64,000 nt of DNA from Acidobacteriota bacterium (GTDB lineage: Bacteria > Acidobacteriota > UBA6911), in assembly GCA_012719455.1 (NCBI GenBank), contig JAAYAJ010000022.1, forward strand, positions 21,713 to 85,712, written 5' to 3'. Positions 48,332-58,252 of the stretch are shown here, one piece after another. Position numbers and translations under genes: made by a program. The notes beneath the pieces were generated by a model that did not search any database, was not told the origin of the DNA, and saw only the letters and a program-made list of their open reading frames with translations. Each line of letters begins with the position of its first letter. Position 1 is the first letter of the stretch.

Positions 48332-49441
48332 ATGAAAGTGGGAATTGTCGGGTTGCCGCAGGTGGGGAAAACCACGATCTTCAAGCTGTTGACCCGGGGC
48401 CGGGTGGATACCTCTTCCTGGGGGGGCGGACGCGAGGCGCATATCGGCATCGCCGAGGTGGCCGACCCGCGCCTGGACCGGCTGGCCGCGATCGTGAAGC
48501 CGAAGAAGACCACCTATGCCACCATCGAATACGTGGATCTCCCGGGCCTGGCCCGCGGGGAAGGGAAGGCGGCGCTCGAGGGGCGGAGCAAGGAGATGGC
48601 TTCCTATCTCGCCAGCCTGAAAAACGTGGAGGCGCTGCTGCACGTGGTGAGGGCGTTTGAGGATCCCAGCCTGCCGCACATTGAAGGATCCGTGGATCCT
48701 GTTCGGGACATTGGGGTTTTCGAACTGGAGCTGATATTCGCCGACCTGGCCGTCATCGACAAGCGGCTGGAGCGGCTGGAAAAGGACCTGAAAAAGGGGC
48801 GGTCGCGGGAACTGGAGATGGAACAGGAAATCCTGCTGCGTTTCAAAGCGGCGCTGGAGTCGGAGCAGCCGCTGCGCGAACTGGAGCTCACCCCCGAGGA
48901 GGAGAGGCGGGTTCGCGGCTTCACCTTTCTTTCGGCGAAGCCGATCCAGCTCGTCATCAACGTGGGCGACCAGGATGCGGCCAAGATCGACCGCGTGGTG
49001 GAGGCGTTTGGTCTCGAGAAGCAGGCGGCCATGCCCAAAGTCGGCATCACCGCCGTGTGCGGCAAGATCGAATCGGAAATCGCCTCCCTCCCCCCGGAGG
49101 ACGCCCGTCTCTTCATGGAGGATTTAGCGCTCCCCGACAATGCCGTGGACCGGATCATCCAGAATTCCTACGAATTGCTGGGGGTGTTCTCCTACTACAC
49201 CGCCGGCGAGCCGGAGGCCCGCGCCTGGACGATCCCGAAGGACACCACCGCGGCCCGGGCGGCGGGGGTCATCCACAGCGACATCGAGAAGGGGTTCATC
49301 AAGGCCGAGGTCGTCTCCTACGACGACATGGTTCGACTTGGTTCCTTCCCGGCGGCGAAGGCCAAGGGGGTCCTGCGCCTGGAGGGGAAGGATTACCGGG
49401 TTCGGGAAGGGGACGTCATTCTTTTCCGGTTCAACGTGTAA
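48332..49441 (+). CDS. ychF: Ribosome-binding ATPase YchF/Ola1
   Basis: G1 GIVGLPQVGKTT. C-terminal TGS domain. 369 aa. Confidence 0.9.
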   Translation: MKVGIVGLPQVGKTTIFKLLTRGRVDTSSWGGGREAHIGIAEVADPRLDRLAAIVKPKKTTYATIEYVDLPGLARGEGKAALEGRSKEMASYLASLKNVEALLHVVRAFEDPSLPHIEGSVDPVRDIGVFELELIFADLAVIDKRLERLEKDLKKGRSRELEMEQEILLRFKAALESEQPLRELELTPEEERRVRGFTFLSAKPIQLVINVGDQDAAKIDRVVEAFGLEKQAAMPKVGITAVCGKIESEIASLPPEDARLFMEDLALPDNAVDRIIQNSYELLGVFSYYTAGEPEARAWTIPKDTTAARAAGVIHSDIEKGFIKAEVVSYDDMVRLGSFPAAKAKGVLRLEGKDYRVREGDVILFRFNV

Positions 49442-49489
49442 TGGCGGTCCTGGCAGGGGCTAAAAGTGTGGGAGGGTGAGCATTTGTTA

Positions 49490-49518
49490 TTGCCTTTTCC
49501 CGCGCTTGCTGGTTAAAT
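49490..49518 (+). promoter_or_regulatory. Sigma-70-type promoter for rplU-rpmA (TTGCCT-17 nt-TTAAAT)
   Basis: -35 TTGCCT at 49490-49495 and -10 TTAAAT at 49513-49518 with a 17-nt spacer. AGGAGGTG RBS at 49534-49541 before the GTG start. Confidence 0.4.
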
Positions 49519-49545
49519 TACTCATTTCGGCCCAGGAGGTGAGAC

Positions 49546-49863
49546 GTGTACGCTGTGATCATGACCGGCGGGAAGCAATACCGCGTATCTGAAGGGGACG
49601 TTGTCGAGGTCGAAAAGCTCGACGCCGAATTGGGCGCACCGGTGGAATTCAAGGATGTACTCCTGGTGCGTACCGATGACCGGACCCTGATCGGTCAGCC
49701 GCTGGTGCCGGGAGCTTCGGTCCAGGGGGTGCTGCAGTCCCAGGGCAAGGCCGGTACCGTGCTGGTGTTCAAGTACAAAAAGAAGAAACAGTACCGCCGG
49801 ACCCGCGGGCACCGCCAGCAGTACTCGAAAGTCCGGATCGACAAGATCAACGTTGCAGGTTAA
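49546..49863 (+). CDS. rplU: 50S ribosomal protein L21 (GTG start)
   Basis: MYAVIMTGGKQYRVSEGD… canonical L21. Confidence 0.9.
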   Translation: MYAVIMTGGKQYRVSEGDVVEVEKLDAELGAPVEFKDVLLVRTDDRTLIGQPLVPGASVQGVLQSQGKAGTVLVFKYKKKKQYRRTRGHRQQYSKVRIDKINVAG

Positions 49864-49875
49864 CTAGAGGACGTC

Positions 49876-50130
49876 ATGGCACATAAAAGGGGAGTCGGAA
49901 GCTCCAGGAACGGGAGAGACAGCCAGTCCAAGCGGCTCGGGGTGAAGCGTTTCGGGGGGCAGGTCGTCAGCGGCGGCACCATCCTGGTGCGGCAGCGGGG
50001 GACCAAGATCAAGCCCGGCGTCAATGTGGGGATCGGCAGCGACGACACGCTGTTCGCCATGAAGTCGGGAGTGGTGAAGTTTCAGGATAAGGGGCGCAGG
50101 GGCCGGTTCGTTCATATCCAGGAGGCCTGA
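49876..50130 (+). CDS. rpmA: 50S ribosomal protein L27
   Basis: [24 protein letters not shown]… canonical L27. Confidence 0.9.
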   Translation: MAHKRGVGSSRNGRDSQSKRLGVKRFGGQVVSGGTILVRQRGTKIKPGVNVGIGSDDTLFAMKSGVVKFQDKGRRGRFVHIQEA

Positions 50131-50158
50131 TGCCCAAGGCCGATGTTTCGACCTCGCC

Positions 50159-50188
50159 GGGACCCCTTTAAGGGGTCCTTTTTTTTCG
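50159..50188 (+). terminator. Rho-independent terminator after rpmA
   Basis: GGGACCCCTTtaAAGGGGTCC hairpin followed by a T8 run. Confidence 0.6.
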
Positions 50189-50258
50189 GTGCGCCATCCC
50201 CGGGACCGGGGATGCGCGGGCGGGGTTCGGCCGGCCGTCAGCAGGAGGCGGGGTAACC

Positions 50259-51257
50259 GTGTTCATTGATCGGGCCAGGATCAGGGTCATCGCCGGTGAC
50301 GGGGGGAACGGTTGTCTCGCTTTCCGCCGGGAGAAGTTCATTCCCCGGGGCGGTCCCAGCGGCGGGGACGGGGGGGATGGGGGGAACGTCTTCATCGAGT
50401 GCTCCGACCGGGTGAACACCCTGCTCCATTTCCAGTACAAGCGCGTGTTCAAGGCCCAGCGCGGGCGGCACGGGGAGGGGAGCCAGCGCCGCGGCAGGAA
50501 CGGGGAGGACGTTGTCATCCTGGTGCCGCCGGGGACGCAGGTCTACCGGGAACCGGAGCGCCTGCTGGTGCACGACTTCGCCCGCTGTGGGGAGCGGCTG
50601 CTGGTCGCCTCCGGAGGCCGGGGGGGGAAGGGGAACGCGCGCTTTGCGACCTCCACCAACCAGGCCCCCCGTCGGGCGGACCCGGGGGAGCCGGGGGAGG
50701 AGGCGGAGCTGTTCCTCAACCTCAAGCTCATCGCCGACGTGGGCCTGGTGGGATACCCGAACGCGGGCAAGTCCACCCTGGTGTCGCGCATCAGTTCCGC
50801 CAAGCCCAAGATCGCCGATTACGCCTTCACCACCCTCACCCCTCACCTGGGGGTGGTCCAGCTGGACGATTTTCGCAGCTTCGTGGTCGCCGACATCCCC
50901 GGGCTGATCGAGGGGGCCCACAAGGGGCACGGACTGGGGGACCAATTCCTGAAACACGTGGAGCGGACCCGGGTCCTCGTCCACCTTGTCGACGTTTCGA
51001 ACCCGGATCGCGACCCCGTGGCCGCCTACCATGCCATCGTCAAGGAACTGAAGCTCTTCAACGAGGAGCTGCTGGAGCGCAAGCAGCTGGTGGTGGCGAC
51101 CAAGCTCGACGCGCTGGCCGATGCCCGGGCGCTGGGCAGGCTCAAAGCCATGTGCACCCGCCGCGGACTCCCCTTCCTGAAGATCTCGGCCGTCACCGGG
51201 GAGGGGATCGACGAACTCGTCGGCCTCCTGGACCGCATGCTCCGGGAGGAGGGGTAA
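50259..51257 (+). CDS. obg: GTPase Obg/CgtA (GTG start)
   Basis: Glycine-rich Obg fold ([10 protein letters not shown]…GGRGGKGN). G1 [10 protein letters not shown]3 DIPG. Confidence 0.9.
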   Translation: MFIDRARIRVIAGDGGNGCLAFRREKFIPRGGPSGGDGGDGGNVFIECSDRVNTLLHFQYKRVFKAQRGRHGEGSQRRGRNGEDVVILVPPGTQVYREPERLLVHDFARCGERLLVASGGRGGKGNARFATSTNQAPRRADPGEPGEEAELFLNLKLIADVGLVGYPNAGKSTLVSRISSAKPKIADYAFTTLTPHLGVVQLDDFRSFVVADIPGLIEGAHKGHGLGDQFLKHVERTRVLVHLVDVSNPDRDPVAAYHAIVKELKLFNEELLERKQLVVATKLDALADARALGRLKAMCTRRGLPFLKISAVTGEGIDELVGLLDRMLREEG

Positions 51258-51324
51258 CGGCGGTCTTGTGCCGTCGCGGCGCAAATTGGTATAAAAAAGA
51301 AGTTTTCCGGGGAAGGGGGCGCGC

Positions 51325-52002
51325 TTGGGGGAGATCCGGATAGGGGTGCTCGGGGGGACGTTCAACCCCGTCCATGTCGGCCATCTCCATATCGCCCGGG
51401 CGGTGCAACGCGCGTTTTCGCTCGCCCGGGTCCATTTTGTCGTAGCCTGCTCTCCTCCCCACAAGCGGTCCGAGGACCTGATCCCCCTCATGCACCGCTA
51501 CGCGATGGTGAGCCTGGCCGTCGCGGGGGAGAACTTGTTCCTCCCCTCGCTGGTGGAACTGGAGCCGAAGCAGAGCGCCTACACCATCGACACCCTCGAC
51601 AAGATGGCCCGTACGGCCGGGAGCGGGAAGCTCTATTTTATTGCCGGCGGGGATTCCCTCATGGAGGTGCGCTCCTGGCACAACAGTCGGAGGCTCCTGG
51701 AGTCCTATAGTTTTATCTTCGTGATACGCCCGGGTACGGGGAGACTCGAGTTTCCCCGGCTACTCCCCCCGGACGCGCTCCGGAGGTTGCGCGATTGGCG
51801 CGGCCTCGGGCCGGTTGCGCTCCGCCGCCGCATCGAAGCCGAACCGGAGGGCGAAAGCGGGATTTACATTGTGGATGTGAAGGCGCCCGACATCTCTTCC
51901 TCCCGCATCCGGGAAATGACGCGCCGGGGGAGCCCCCTCGGCCGGATGGTACCCGCCGGGGTCCGCGATTACATACGCAAGCTCGAGCTCTATGGGGAAT
52001 GA
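51325..52002 (+). CDS. nadD: Nicotinate-nucleotide adenylyltransferase (TTG start as listed in the ORF track)
   Basis: GGTFNPVHVGH (H/T-x-G-H) motif. ISSSRIRE C-terminal motif. Confidence 0.85.
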   Translation: MGEIRIGVLGGTFNPVHVGHLHIARAVQRAFSLARVHFVVACSPPHKRSEDLIPLMHRYAMVSLAVAGENLFLPSLVELEPKQSAYTIDTLDKMARTAGSGKLYFIAGGDSLMEVRSWHNSRRLLESYSFIFVIRPGTGRLEFPRLLPPDALRRLRDWRGLGPVALRRRIEAEPEGESGIYIVDVKAPDISSSRIREMTRRGSPLGRMVPAGVRDYIRKLELYGE

Positions 52003-52496
52003 ATATGGACAATCTCAAGATCGCCCTCAAGGCGGCGGATAACAAAAAGGCGCACGATTGCGTCGCGCTGGATATTTCCGAAATCGCCTCCTTCGCCAGC
52101 CACTTTCTGATCGTTACCGGCGACTCCGTCCGGCAGATCCAGGCCATCTCCGACGAGATTGAAAAGGCGCTGACCGCGGCGGGGCGGCGGCCGGAGCACG
52201 TGGAAGGCTACCGGAACGCGGAATGGATCCTGCTCGATTACGGCGATCTGGTTGTGCATATCTTTTCCCAGACGGCACGGGACTATTACGACCTCGAGCG
52301 GTTGTGGCGTGACGGCCGGCGGCTGGACGTCGAGCGCCTCCTGGCGGATACGGCGGCCAAGGCAGCCAAGGAGGCCAAGGTAGCCAAGGGGGCTAAGACG
52401 GATGCAGCGGCCAGGGGGGGCGGGGGTTCAAAGGCGTCCAGGACCCCGAAGACGCCGAAGACTGCAAAGCGGGGTGAACTTCCGGATCCGCCATGA
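51999..52496 (+). CDS. rsfS: Ribosomal silencing factor RsfS (Iojap) with Lys/Ala-rich C-terminal tail
   Basis: …CVALDISEIASFASHFLIVTGDS…DYGDLVVHIF… Iojap core. Start MNMDNL overlaps the nadD stop. The 51795 start in the track is an in-frame upstream extension. Confidence 0.8.
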   Translation: MNMDNLKIALKAADNKKAHDCVALDISEIASFASHFLIVTGDSVRQIQAISDEIEKALTAAGRRPEHVEGYRNAEWILLDYGDLVVHIFSQTARDYYDLERLWRDGRRLDVERLLADTAAKAAKEAKVAKGAKTDAAARGGGGSKASRTPKTPKTAKRGELPDPP

Positions 52497-52969
52497 AGAT
52501 CAAGATGTTCTGGGTCGGGAAGACAAAGTCTCCCGCGCTGAGGACGCTCCAGGAAGACTACCTCAAGCGGATCCGGCGCTGGGTCTCTTGCGAGACGGTG
52601 GAAATCCGGGACCTCGCCGGAAGTCGGGCGCTTTCTCCCGCGGAACTCGTGGCCGGCGAGGGGGCCGCCATCACCCGGCGCCTGCCGGCGGATGGGCGCG
52701 TCGTCGCCCTGGACGAAAGCGGGGAACAGTTTTCGTCCACCGGGTTTGCGCAGTGGCTGGAATCGGAGCAGAACTCCGGCACCCGTTCGCTCTCCTTCTT
52801 GATCGGTGGCCCCGCGGGGCTCAGCCCCGACCTCGCCTGGCGCGCGGACCGGGTCCTGTCGCTGGGCAGGATGACCTGGACGCATGATATGAGCCGCGTG
52901 CTGCTGCTGGAACAGGTCTACCGGGCGCTCTGCATCCTGCGCCACGTCCCCTACCACCGGGGGGATTGA
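52493..52969 (+). CDS. rlmH: 23S rRNA (pseudouridine1915-N3)-methyltransferase RlmH
   Basis: MKIKMFWVGKTK…SPT-fold. C-terminal …LLLEQVYRALCIL…. Confidence 0.85.
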   Translation: MKIKMFWVGKTKSPALRTLQEDYLKRIRRWVSCETVEIRDLAGSRALSPAELVAGEGAAITRRLPADGRVVALDESGEQFSSTGFAQWLESEQNSGTRSLSFLIGGPAGLSPDLAWRADRVLSLGRMTWTHDMSRVLLLEQVYRALCILRHVPYHRGD

Positions 52970-52996
52970 CGTTTCGAGGCGGCATCGGGGAAAGAC

Positions 52997-53356
52997 GTGA
53001 TGGAAGAGGAGAGACTGGCCCAGTTCCGGCAGATGCTGCTCGCGCGGAGGCGTTCGCTGGGGGAACGGGTTCTGCGCTCAGGGGAATACGGCCGGGAGAC
53101 GGAGCAGAACCTTGCCGACATCGGGGACATGGCCGTGGAATCGTACACCCGCGATTTCATGTTCGGCAAAAGCGCGGACGACCGGCGGGTGCTGCAGCTG
53201 GTTGCGGAGGCGCTTGCGCGCATCGAGGACGGATCCTACGGGACCTGCACCCACTGTGAAAGCGAAATCCAGGCGAAAAGGCTGGAAGCGGTCCCCTGGA
53301 CCCCGCTCTGTATCCAGTGTCAGCAGCTGCAGGAGCAAGGGCTCCTGCAGGAATAG
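52997..53356 (+). CDS. DksA/TraR family C4-type zinc-finger protein
   Basis: CTHCESEI…LCIQC four-Cys finger and preceding coiled-coil region. Confidence 0.7.
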   Translation: MMEEERLAQFRQMLLARRRSLGERVLRSGEYGRETEQNLADIGDMAVESYTRDFMFGKSADDRRVLQLVAEALARIEDGSYGTCTHCESEIQAKRLEAVPWTPLCIQCQQLQEQGLLQE

Positions 53357-53381
53357 GCCACCGCGGTCAAGGGAGGCGGCA

Positions 53382-54164
53382 GTGGAGCCCACGCCCCGTT
53401 TTCTGATCACCCGGGACCTGCCCGACTCCGCCGCCCGGAAACTGCTCGACGGGATCCTCAACTTGGTTTACCCGGATGCGTGCGCCCTCTGCGGCGCCCC
53501 CGTGGCGCGCAGCCGCGAATGCAGCGTGTGTGCCGCATGCTGGGACCTGGTTCTCGGGTTGAAGATCGGTCCCCCGTGCTGTACCTGCTGCGGCCTGCCC
53601 CTGCCCGGTTTCGACTCCGATCCGGCTCCCCTCTGCCTTGATTGCCTCGACCGGCTCCCCCCGTATGCGGGAGCGCGCTCCTGGGGTCATTACGCCGAAT
53701 CGTTGCGGGGGGCGATCCACGCCCTGAAGTTTGCGGGGAGACAGAGAATGGCCGACGGCCTGGCGCCGCTCCTGGCGCAGGCGTTTCTCGAATCGTGGCG
53801 GCGGGAGGATTTCGACGCTATCGCGGCGGTGCCGCTTCATCCCAAGCGCAAGCTGGAACGGGGGTTCAACCAGTCGGAACTCCTGGCCGTCCGCCTTGGG
53901 CGGATCCTCGGCCTCCCCCTCGTCCGCGCCCTGGAGCGCACCAGGCCCACTCCCCCCCAGGTGGGGCTGGGCGACGCCGACCGGTGGGCCAATGTCCGGG
54001 GTGCATTCAGGTGCACCCGGCCCCGGCTGGTACGGGAGAAGCGGATCCTGCTGGTGGATGACGTGATGACGACGGGGGCTACGGTTGGGAGCGCAACCAC
54101 GGCGCTTCTTGCGGCAGGGGCTCGGCGGGTGTCCGTGCTGACTGCGGCGCGCGCCGTTCTCTAG
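53382..54164 (+). CDS. ComF family phosphoribosyltransferase-domain protein
   Basis: N-terminal Cys cluster (CALCG…CSVCAAC…CCTCCG…CLDC). PRTase motif LLVDDVMTTGAT. GTG start with AAGGGAGG RBS. Confidence 0.7.
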   Translation: MEPTPRFLITRDLPDSAARKLLDGILNLVYPDACALCGAPVARSRECSVCAACWDLVLGLKIGPPCCTCCGLPLPGFDSDPAPLCLDCLDRLPPYAGARSWGHYAESLRGAIHALKFAGRQRMADGLAPLLAQAFLESWRREDFDAIAAVPLHPKRKLERGFNQSELLAVRLGRILGLPLVRALERTRPTPPQVGLGDADRWANVRGAFRCTRPRLVREKRILLVDDVMTTGATVGSATTALLAAGARRVSVLTAARAVL

Positions 54165-54166
54165 GG

Positions 54167-54553
54167 CTAGGAGCCGGAAGCTTGTTTTTTGGGGCGGTAT
54201 TTCTTGAGCATCTCTTCGAACCGCTCCTTCTGGGATCCGCGCAGGATGGCCCGGATCTTGTCGTCGGAGTCGTTGCGGATGGCTTCGTACCGGGGCTTGA
54301 ATTCCCTGTTGAGTTCCCAGTAATGGTCCCGGCTTTCCTCGAAAATGGCCTTGAGCGCCTCCTTCTGTTCGGCGTCCAGTTCCAGTTTTTGCGCTATCCC
54401 GTCCATGACCTCCTGGGGCGTCATCGATGTGCCGGTGGAGGTTTTTCCCTGCGGCAGGTGCTCCAGGTAGAGGCAGTGCCCCACCCAACCGGCCACGCCC
54501 CCCATGACAAAGAGCAGGCACCCTAACAACGCGATGCTCAGCCTGGAATTCAT
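54167..54553 (-). CDS. Spy/CpxP/CnrX-like periplasmic protein (LTXXQ-type repeats)
   Basis: N-terminal signal/anchor. Two helical motifs MTPQEV and LDAEQKEAL. About 128 aa. Confidence 0.5.
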   Translation of the reverse strand: MNSRLSIALLGCLLFVMGGVAGWVGHCLYLEHLPQGKTSTGTSMTPQEVMDGIAQKLELDAEQKEALKAIFEESRDHYWELNREFKPRYEAIRNDSDDKIRAILRGSQKERFEEMLKKYRPKKQASGS

Positions 54554-54574
54554 CTCGTCGGGTCCCCCACCTCT

Positions 54575-55039
54575 CTATCGCGAAGCGATGGCGGTCAGCA
54601 CGCTCTCGTAGGTGATGTCCGTCTGTTCGGCCACCAGCATCTGGTGGGACTGCTCATCCGAAACAAACACGTTGTCAAACGCCCGGTACAGCGCCGCCTC
54701 GGGCACACGCATCTGCAGGTAGGCAAACGCCATCAGCAGGACGAGCGTCACGCCGGCCAGGGTCGGGATCATGCGGTGCGCCAGGGTCCGGACCGAAAGC
54801 CAGAGGGCGAACCCCGGGGCTTCCTCCTCGATGCGCGCCCGCAGACCCTGGTAGAACCGGGGGGAAGGGGTGATCGGGGAGGTAGACGCGGCCACCCGCT
54901 GCGGGATCCGGAGCAGATGGTATTGCCGGCTGCAGGATTCGCAGCCGGCCAGGTGCTCTTCCAACCGGGCGTCCTCCGTGCGGGAGAGTTCGGCGTCGAT
55001 CTTGCGCAACAGCAGGTTTTGTGCGGTTTTGCATTTCAT
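54575..55039 (-). CDS. zf-HC2 membrane-spanning anti-sigma factor (putative)
   Basis: N-terminal C…HLAGCESC zinc-finger anti-sigma motif. Single TM helix. Start MKCKTAQNL chosen over the longer track ORF. Confidence 0.5.
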   Translation of the reverse strand: MKCKTAQNLLLRKIDAELSRTEDARLEEHLAGCESCSRQYHLLRIPQRVAASTSPITPSPRFYQGLRARIEEEAPGFALWLSVRTLAHRMIPTLAGVTLVLLMAFAYLQMRVPEAALYRAFDNVFVSDEQSHQMLVAEQTDITYESVLTAIASR

Positions 55040-55184
55040 ACGAGCCTTCGCCTCCTCAAAGAGAACTACGTCGGCGTTCCCGCGATATTTCGGTCTTCTT
55101 TCCCTTTCCAGGCGGCGCCCGCCGTTTGTCCACGGACGAGAGGACGGATCCATCGGAACCTGTCGTAGGATCCAGTTCAACCCG

Positions 55185-56222
55185 CTAGAGGATCAGCATG
55201 CAATCCCCGTAACTGTAAAAGCGGTACTCCCGGGCGATCGCCTCGCGGTAGCAGTCGAGCATTGTCTCCCGGCCGGCGAAGGCGCAGGCCAGCATGAAAA
55301 GGGTGGAGCGGGGGAGATGGAAATTGGTGATCAACGCGTCGAGCATCCTGAACTCGAATCCGGGATAAATGAAGAGGTCGCAGTGTCCCGAAGATGCCTG
55401 CCCCAGGGGGTTCTCCTGCCGGGCCAGGTATTCCAGGCAGCGTGTGGAGGTGGTGCCGACCGCCACCAGGTGGCGTCCCTCCCTCTTGTAGGCGCGGATC
55501 CGGTCGGCGGTGGCGGCGTCGATGCTGTAGTATTCCGGCTCCATCCGGTGCTCTTCCACGATCTCGCTCCGCACCGGCTTGAAAGTTCCGTAACCCACGT
55601 GCAGGAGGAGTTTGCAGACGGGCACCCCCCGGTCGGCCAGGCGCCGGAAAACCTCCGGGGTGAAGTGCAGGCCCGCCGTCGGGGCGGCCACCGACCCGCT
55701 CCGGTCCGCGTACACGGTTTGGTAGCGCAGCCGGTCCCGGGCCAGGTCGGCGCGCCGATCCCTCCGGATATAGGGGGGGAGCGGGGGCTCGCCGATTTGC
55801 TCCAGCGCTTCGCGAACCCCAACGTCCCGGCCAAAGTCGAGCACCCTCCCACCGGAGGCGGCCACCTCCATGACGCGGGCGGAGAGGGGGCCGATTTTCA
55901 GTTCCTGCCCCGGGGGCGCCTTGCGCCCCGGCTTGACCAGCGCCAGCCATTCCCCCGGCCGCACTTCCTCGAGCAGCAGGACCTCGATCTCCTCCGCTTT
56001 GCCGGGGCGTGCGGCCCAATGGCGCGCCGGGAACACCCGGGTGTCGTTGACGACCAGAAAATGCTTGGGGCCCAGGAGGTCGGGGAGATCGCGGAACCGG
56101 AGGTGTTCCCGCCGCCCGCTCTCCCTCCACAGGACCATCATGCGGGACTGGTCCCGCTCGGCGGCGGGGTGCTGGGCGATCAGGCGGTCGGGAAGGGCGA
56201 AGTCGAAATCGTCGATTTTCAT
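55185..56222 (-). CDS. queA: S-adenosylmethionine:tRNA ribosyltransferase-isomerase
   Basis: MKIDDFDFALPDRLIAQHP… canonical QueA. 345 aa. The large N-terminal extension in the track was rejected. Confidence 0.9.
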   Translation of the reverse strand: MKIDDFDFALPDRLIAQHPAAERDQSRMMVLWRESGRREHLRFRDLPDLLGPKHFLVVNDTRVFPARHWAARPGKAEEIEVLLLEEVRPGEWLALVKPGRKAPPGQELKIGPLSARVMEVAASGGRVLDFGRDVGVREALEQIGEPPLPPYIRRDRRADLARDRLRYQTVYADRSGSVAAPTAGLHFTPEVFRRLADRGVPVCKLLLHVGYGTFKPVRSEIVEEHRMEPEYYSIDAATADRIRAYKREGRHLVAVGTTSTRCLEYLARQENPLGQASSGHCDLFIYPGFEFRMLDALITNFHLPRSTLFMLACAFAGRETMLDCYREAIAREYRFYSYGDCMLIL

Positions 56223-56254
56223 AAAAGTGCCGTCAGGCGCGCGCCGCCCCCGCT

Positions 56255-57139
56255 CTATTTCTTGGGGGACATGATGGTGGGGTCGGGGGCGCTGACTCCG
56301 ATCCAGTGGAACTGGGCGGAAAAATTGGCGCCGTAGAGCAGGATCAGGTTCGAGGTGTAGACCCAGGCCAGGAGCAGGATGACGGTACCCATCCGCCCGT
56401 ACACGCGCTGGTAGTCGAAATAGGGGACCACCTTCAAAAAAACCATGCTGCCGATCTCCCAGAGAACGGTCGAGACCAGGGCCCCCGAGAACGCTTCCTT
56501 CCAGAAAACCTTGCAGTGCGGGGTCCATTTGAAGATCAAGGCGAACACCAGGACAGCGATCAACAGCCCCGCCCCCAGCAGGACGAAATACCAGAACCAG
56601 CCCAGGATATAGGACGCCTGTTTCGAAACCGCGATATGGGTCGCCGCCCGGACGCGGGCGGCGCTGATGAAGGCGGTGATGGCGGCTGAAGCTAGTAGGC
56701 TGATCCCCCCCATGGCCATCAGCAGGAAGGTGCGCAGCCGGCTCTCCCAGAAGGTGCGCTGGTTCGGGATGTCCCAGGCGCGGTTGATGGAGCTTTCGAT
56801 GAAGGTGAAAATCCAGGAGGAGGCCCAGATCACCACCACGATGCAACCGATCAGCACGGGGGTGGAGGGGGCGATGATCTCCTCGAGGTTGGAGGTGAGG
56901 AACTGGCGCGACCCGGGGAAGAGGTCGACGATGCTCTGGATGACGAAATTGTGAAGATTGAGCCACCCCAGGAAGGTGTCGGCTAGGGTGATGATCGTCA
57001 GGATGGCGGGAAAGAGGGCCAGCAGGGTGAAATAGGAAATCCCGGCGGCGTCCCGCGGGGCCTCGTGCCGCAGCATCATGCGGCCGACAGCGGCAAACGA
57101 TTTTCCCATCTGCCGGAAATAGTGGATCCTCGATTCCAT
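56255..57139 (-). CDS. YihY/BrkB family membrane protein
   Basis: 294 aa, six TM helices. YihY-typical N-terminus (…AGISYFTLLALFPAIL…). Confidence 0.8.
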   Translation of the reverse strand: MESRIHYFRQMGKSFAAVGRMMLRHEAPRDAAGISYFTLLALFPAILTIITLADTFLGWLNLHNFVIQSIVDLFPGSRQFLTSNLEEIIAPSTPVLIGCIVVVIWASSWIFTFIESSINRAWDIPNQRTFWESRLRTFLLMAMGGISLLASAAITAFISAARVRAATHIAVSKQASYILGWFWYFVLLGAGLLIAVLVFALIFKWTPHCKVFWKEAFSGALVSTVLWEIGSMVFLKVVPYFDYQRVYGRMGTVILLLAWVYTSNLILLYGANFSAQFHWIGVSAPDPTIMSPKK

Positions 57140-57382
57140 GGCAGTGAGTGTATAGCAGCCCGCCGTGGAAGTACAATAGGCGGCTCCCGCGGGCTCAAAA
57201 CGGGATCATGTCCGGCAGCCTCTGGCAGAGATACAGCGCCCGCGCGCTCAAAATCGGCCTCCTCCCTGCCCGCGCCTCCCTCCGTGTGGTACACTGTCAA
57301 TTTTTCCCCGGGGGTGGGGACCGATGTCCGACCACGGCTATTGTGCGGCCCGATCGGGTCCGATTGAGGGATAGGGGGACAG

Positions 57383-57940
57383 ATGCAGGACTTGATAGAG
57401 AAGATGCTGGTGGAACTCGGGGAGGACCCGAACCGCGAAGGGTTGCAGGGGACCCCGCGCCGCATGGAGCAGGCGTTTCGTTTTCTGACCAGCGGCTACG
57501 GCCAGAAGCCGGAGGAAGTGCTCAACAACGCGCTGTTCGCGGTCCAGTACGACGACATGGTGGTGGTGTCGAACATCGATTTTTTCAGCATGTGCGAACA
57601 CCACGTGCTCCCCTTCTTCGGGAAATGCCACGTGGGCTACCTGCCCGACAAGAAAGTCGTCGGTATCAGCAAGATCGCGCGCCTCATCGAGATCTACAGC
57701 CGGCGGCTGCAGGTCCAGGAGCGGCTGACCTCCCAGATCGCCAGGACCATCGAGGAGACGATCAAGCCCCTCGGGGTCGGCGTCATCATCGAGGCGCGGC
57801 ACATGTGCATGATGATGCGGGGGGTGCAGAAACAGAACTCGCGTGCCACCACCAGCTCCATGCGCGGCATCTTCCGCAAGTCGGTGGAGACCCGGATGGA
57901 GTTCCTCAACCTCATCAAGAACGGGCACCGGAACAGTTAG
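57383..57940 (+). CDS. folE: GTP cyclohydrolase I
   Basis: …[21 protein letters not shown]… conserved FolE active-site region. Confidence 0.9.
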   Translation: MQDLIEKMLVELGEDPNREGLQGTPRRMEQAFRFLTSGYGQKPEEVLNNALFAVQYDDMVVVSNIDFFSMCEHHVLPFFGKCHVGYLPDKKVVGISKIARLIEIYSRRLQVQERLTSQIARTIEETIKPLGVGVIIEARHMCMMMRGVQKQNSRATTSSMRGIFRKSVETRMEFLNLIKNGHRNS

Positions 57941-58252
57941 CACGCCGGCAAGACCGTTCGGATCGGTCAGCGGAGGAGCGTGGGGCGCCCCCGCCGGGTC
58001 TCCCACGCCATCGGGGGGCACATGGGGACATGCTGCAGCGCCCGGGCCGGTTCGCGGACGGGGTGGAAGGAGTAGGCGGCGCAGGATAAAAACGCCGCCT
58101 CGGTCCGGTAGAGCATGAAGGAGTAGAGGAAGAAGGGGCGAGCCGGCGCCGCCCCGATTCCTTTGAGTTCCTACAGCCGCTTCCGCATCGGCCCGATAAC
58201 GGCCGGGCCGTCGATGCCTTCATCACTTGAAAGCATCAGTTTCAGCAGCTTG

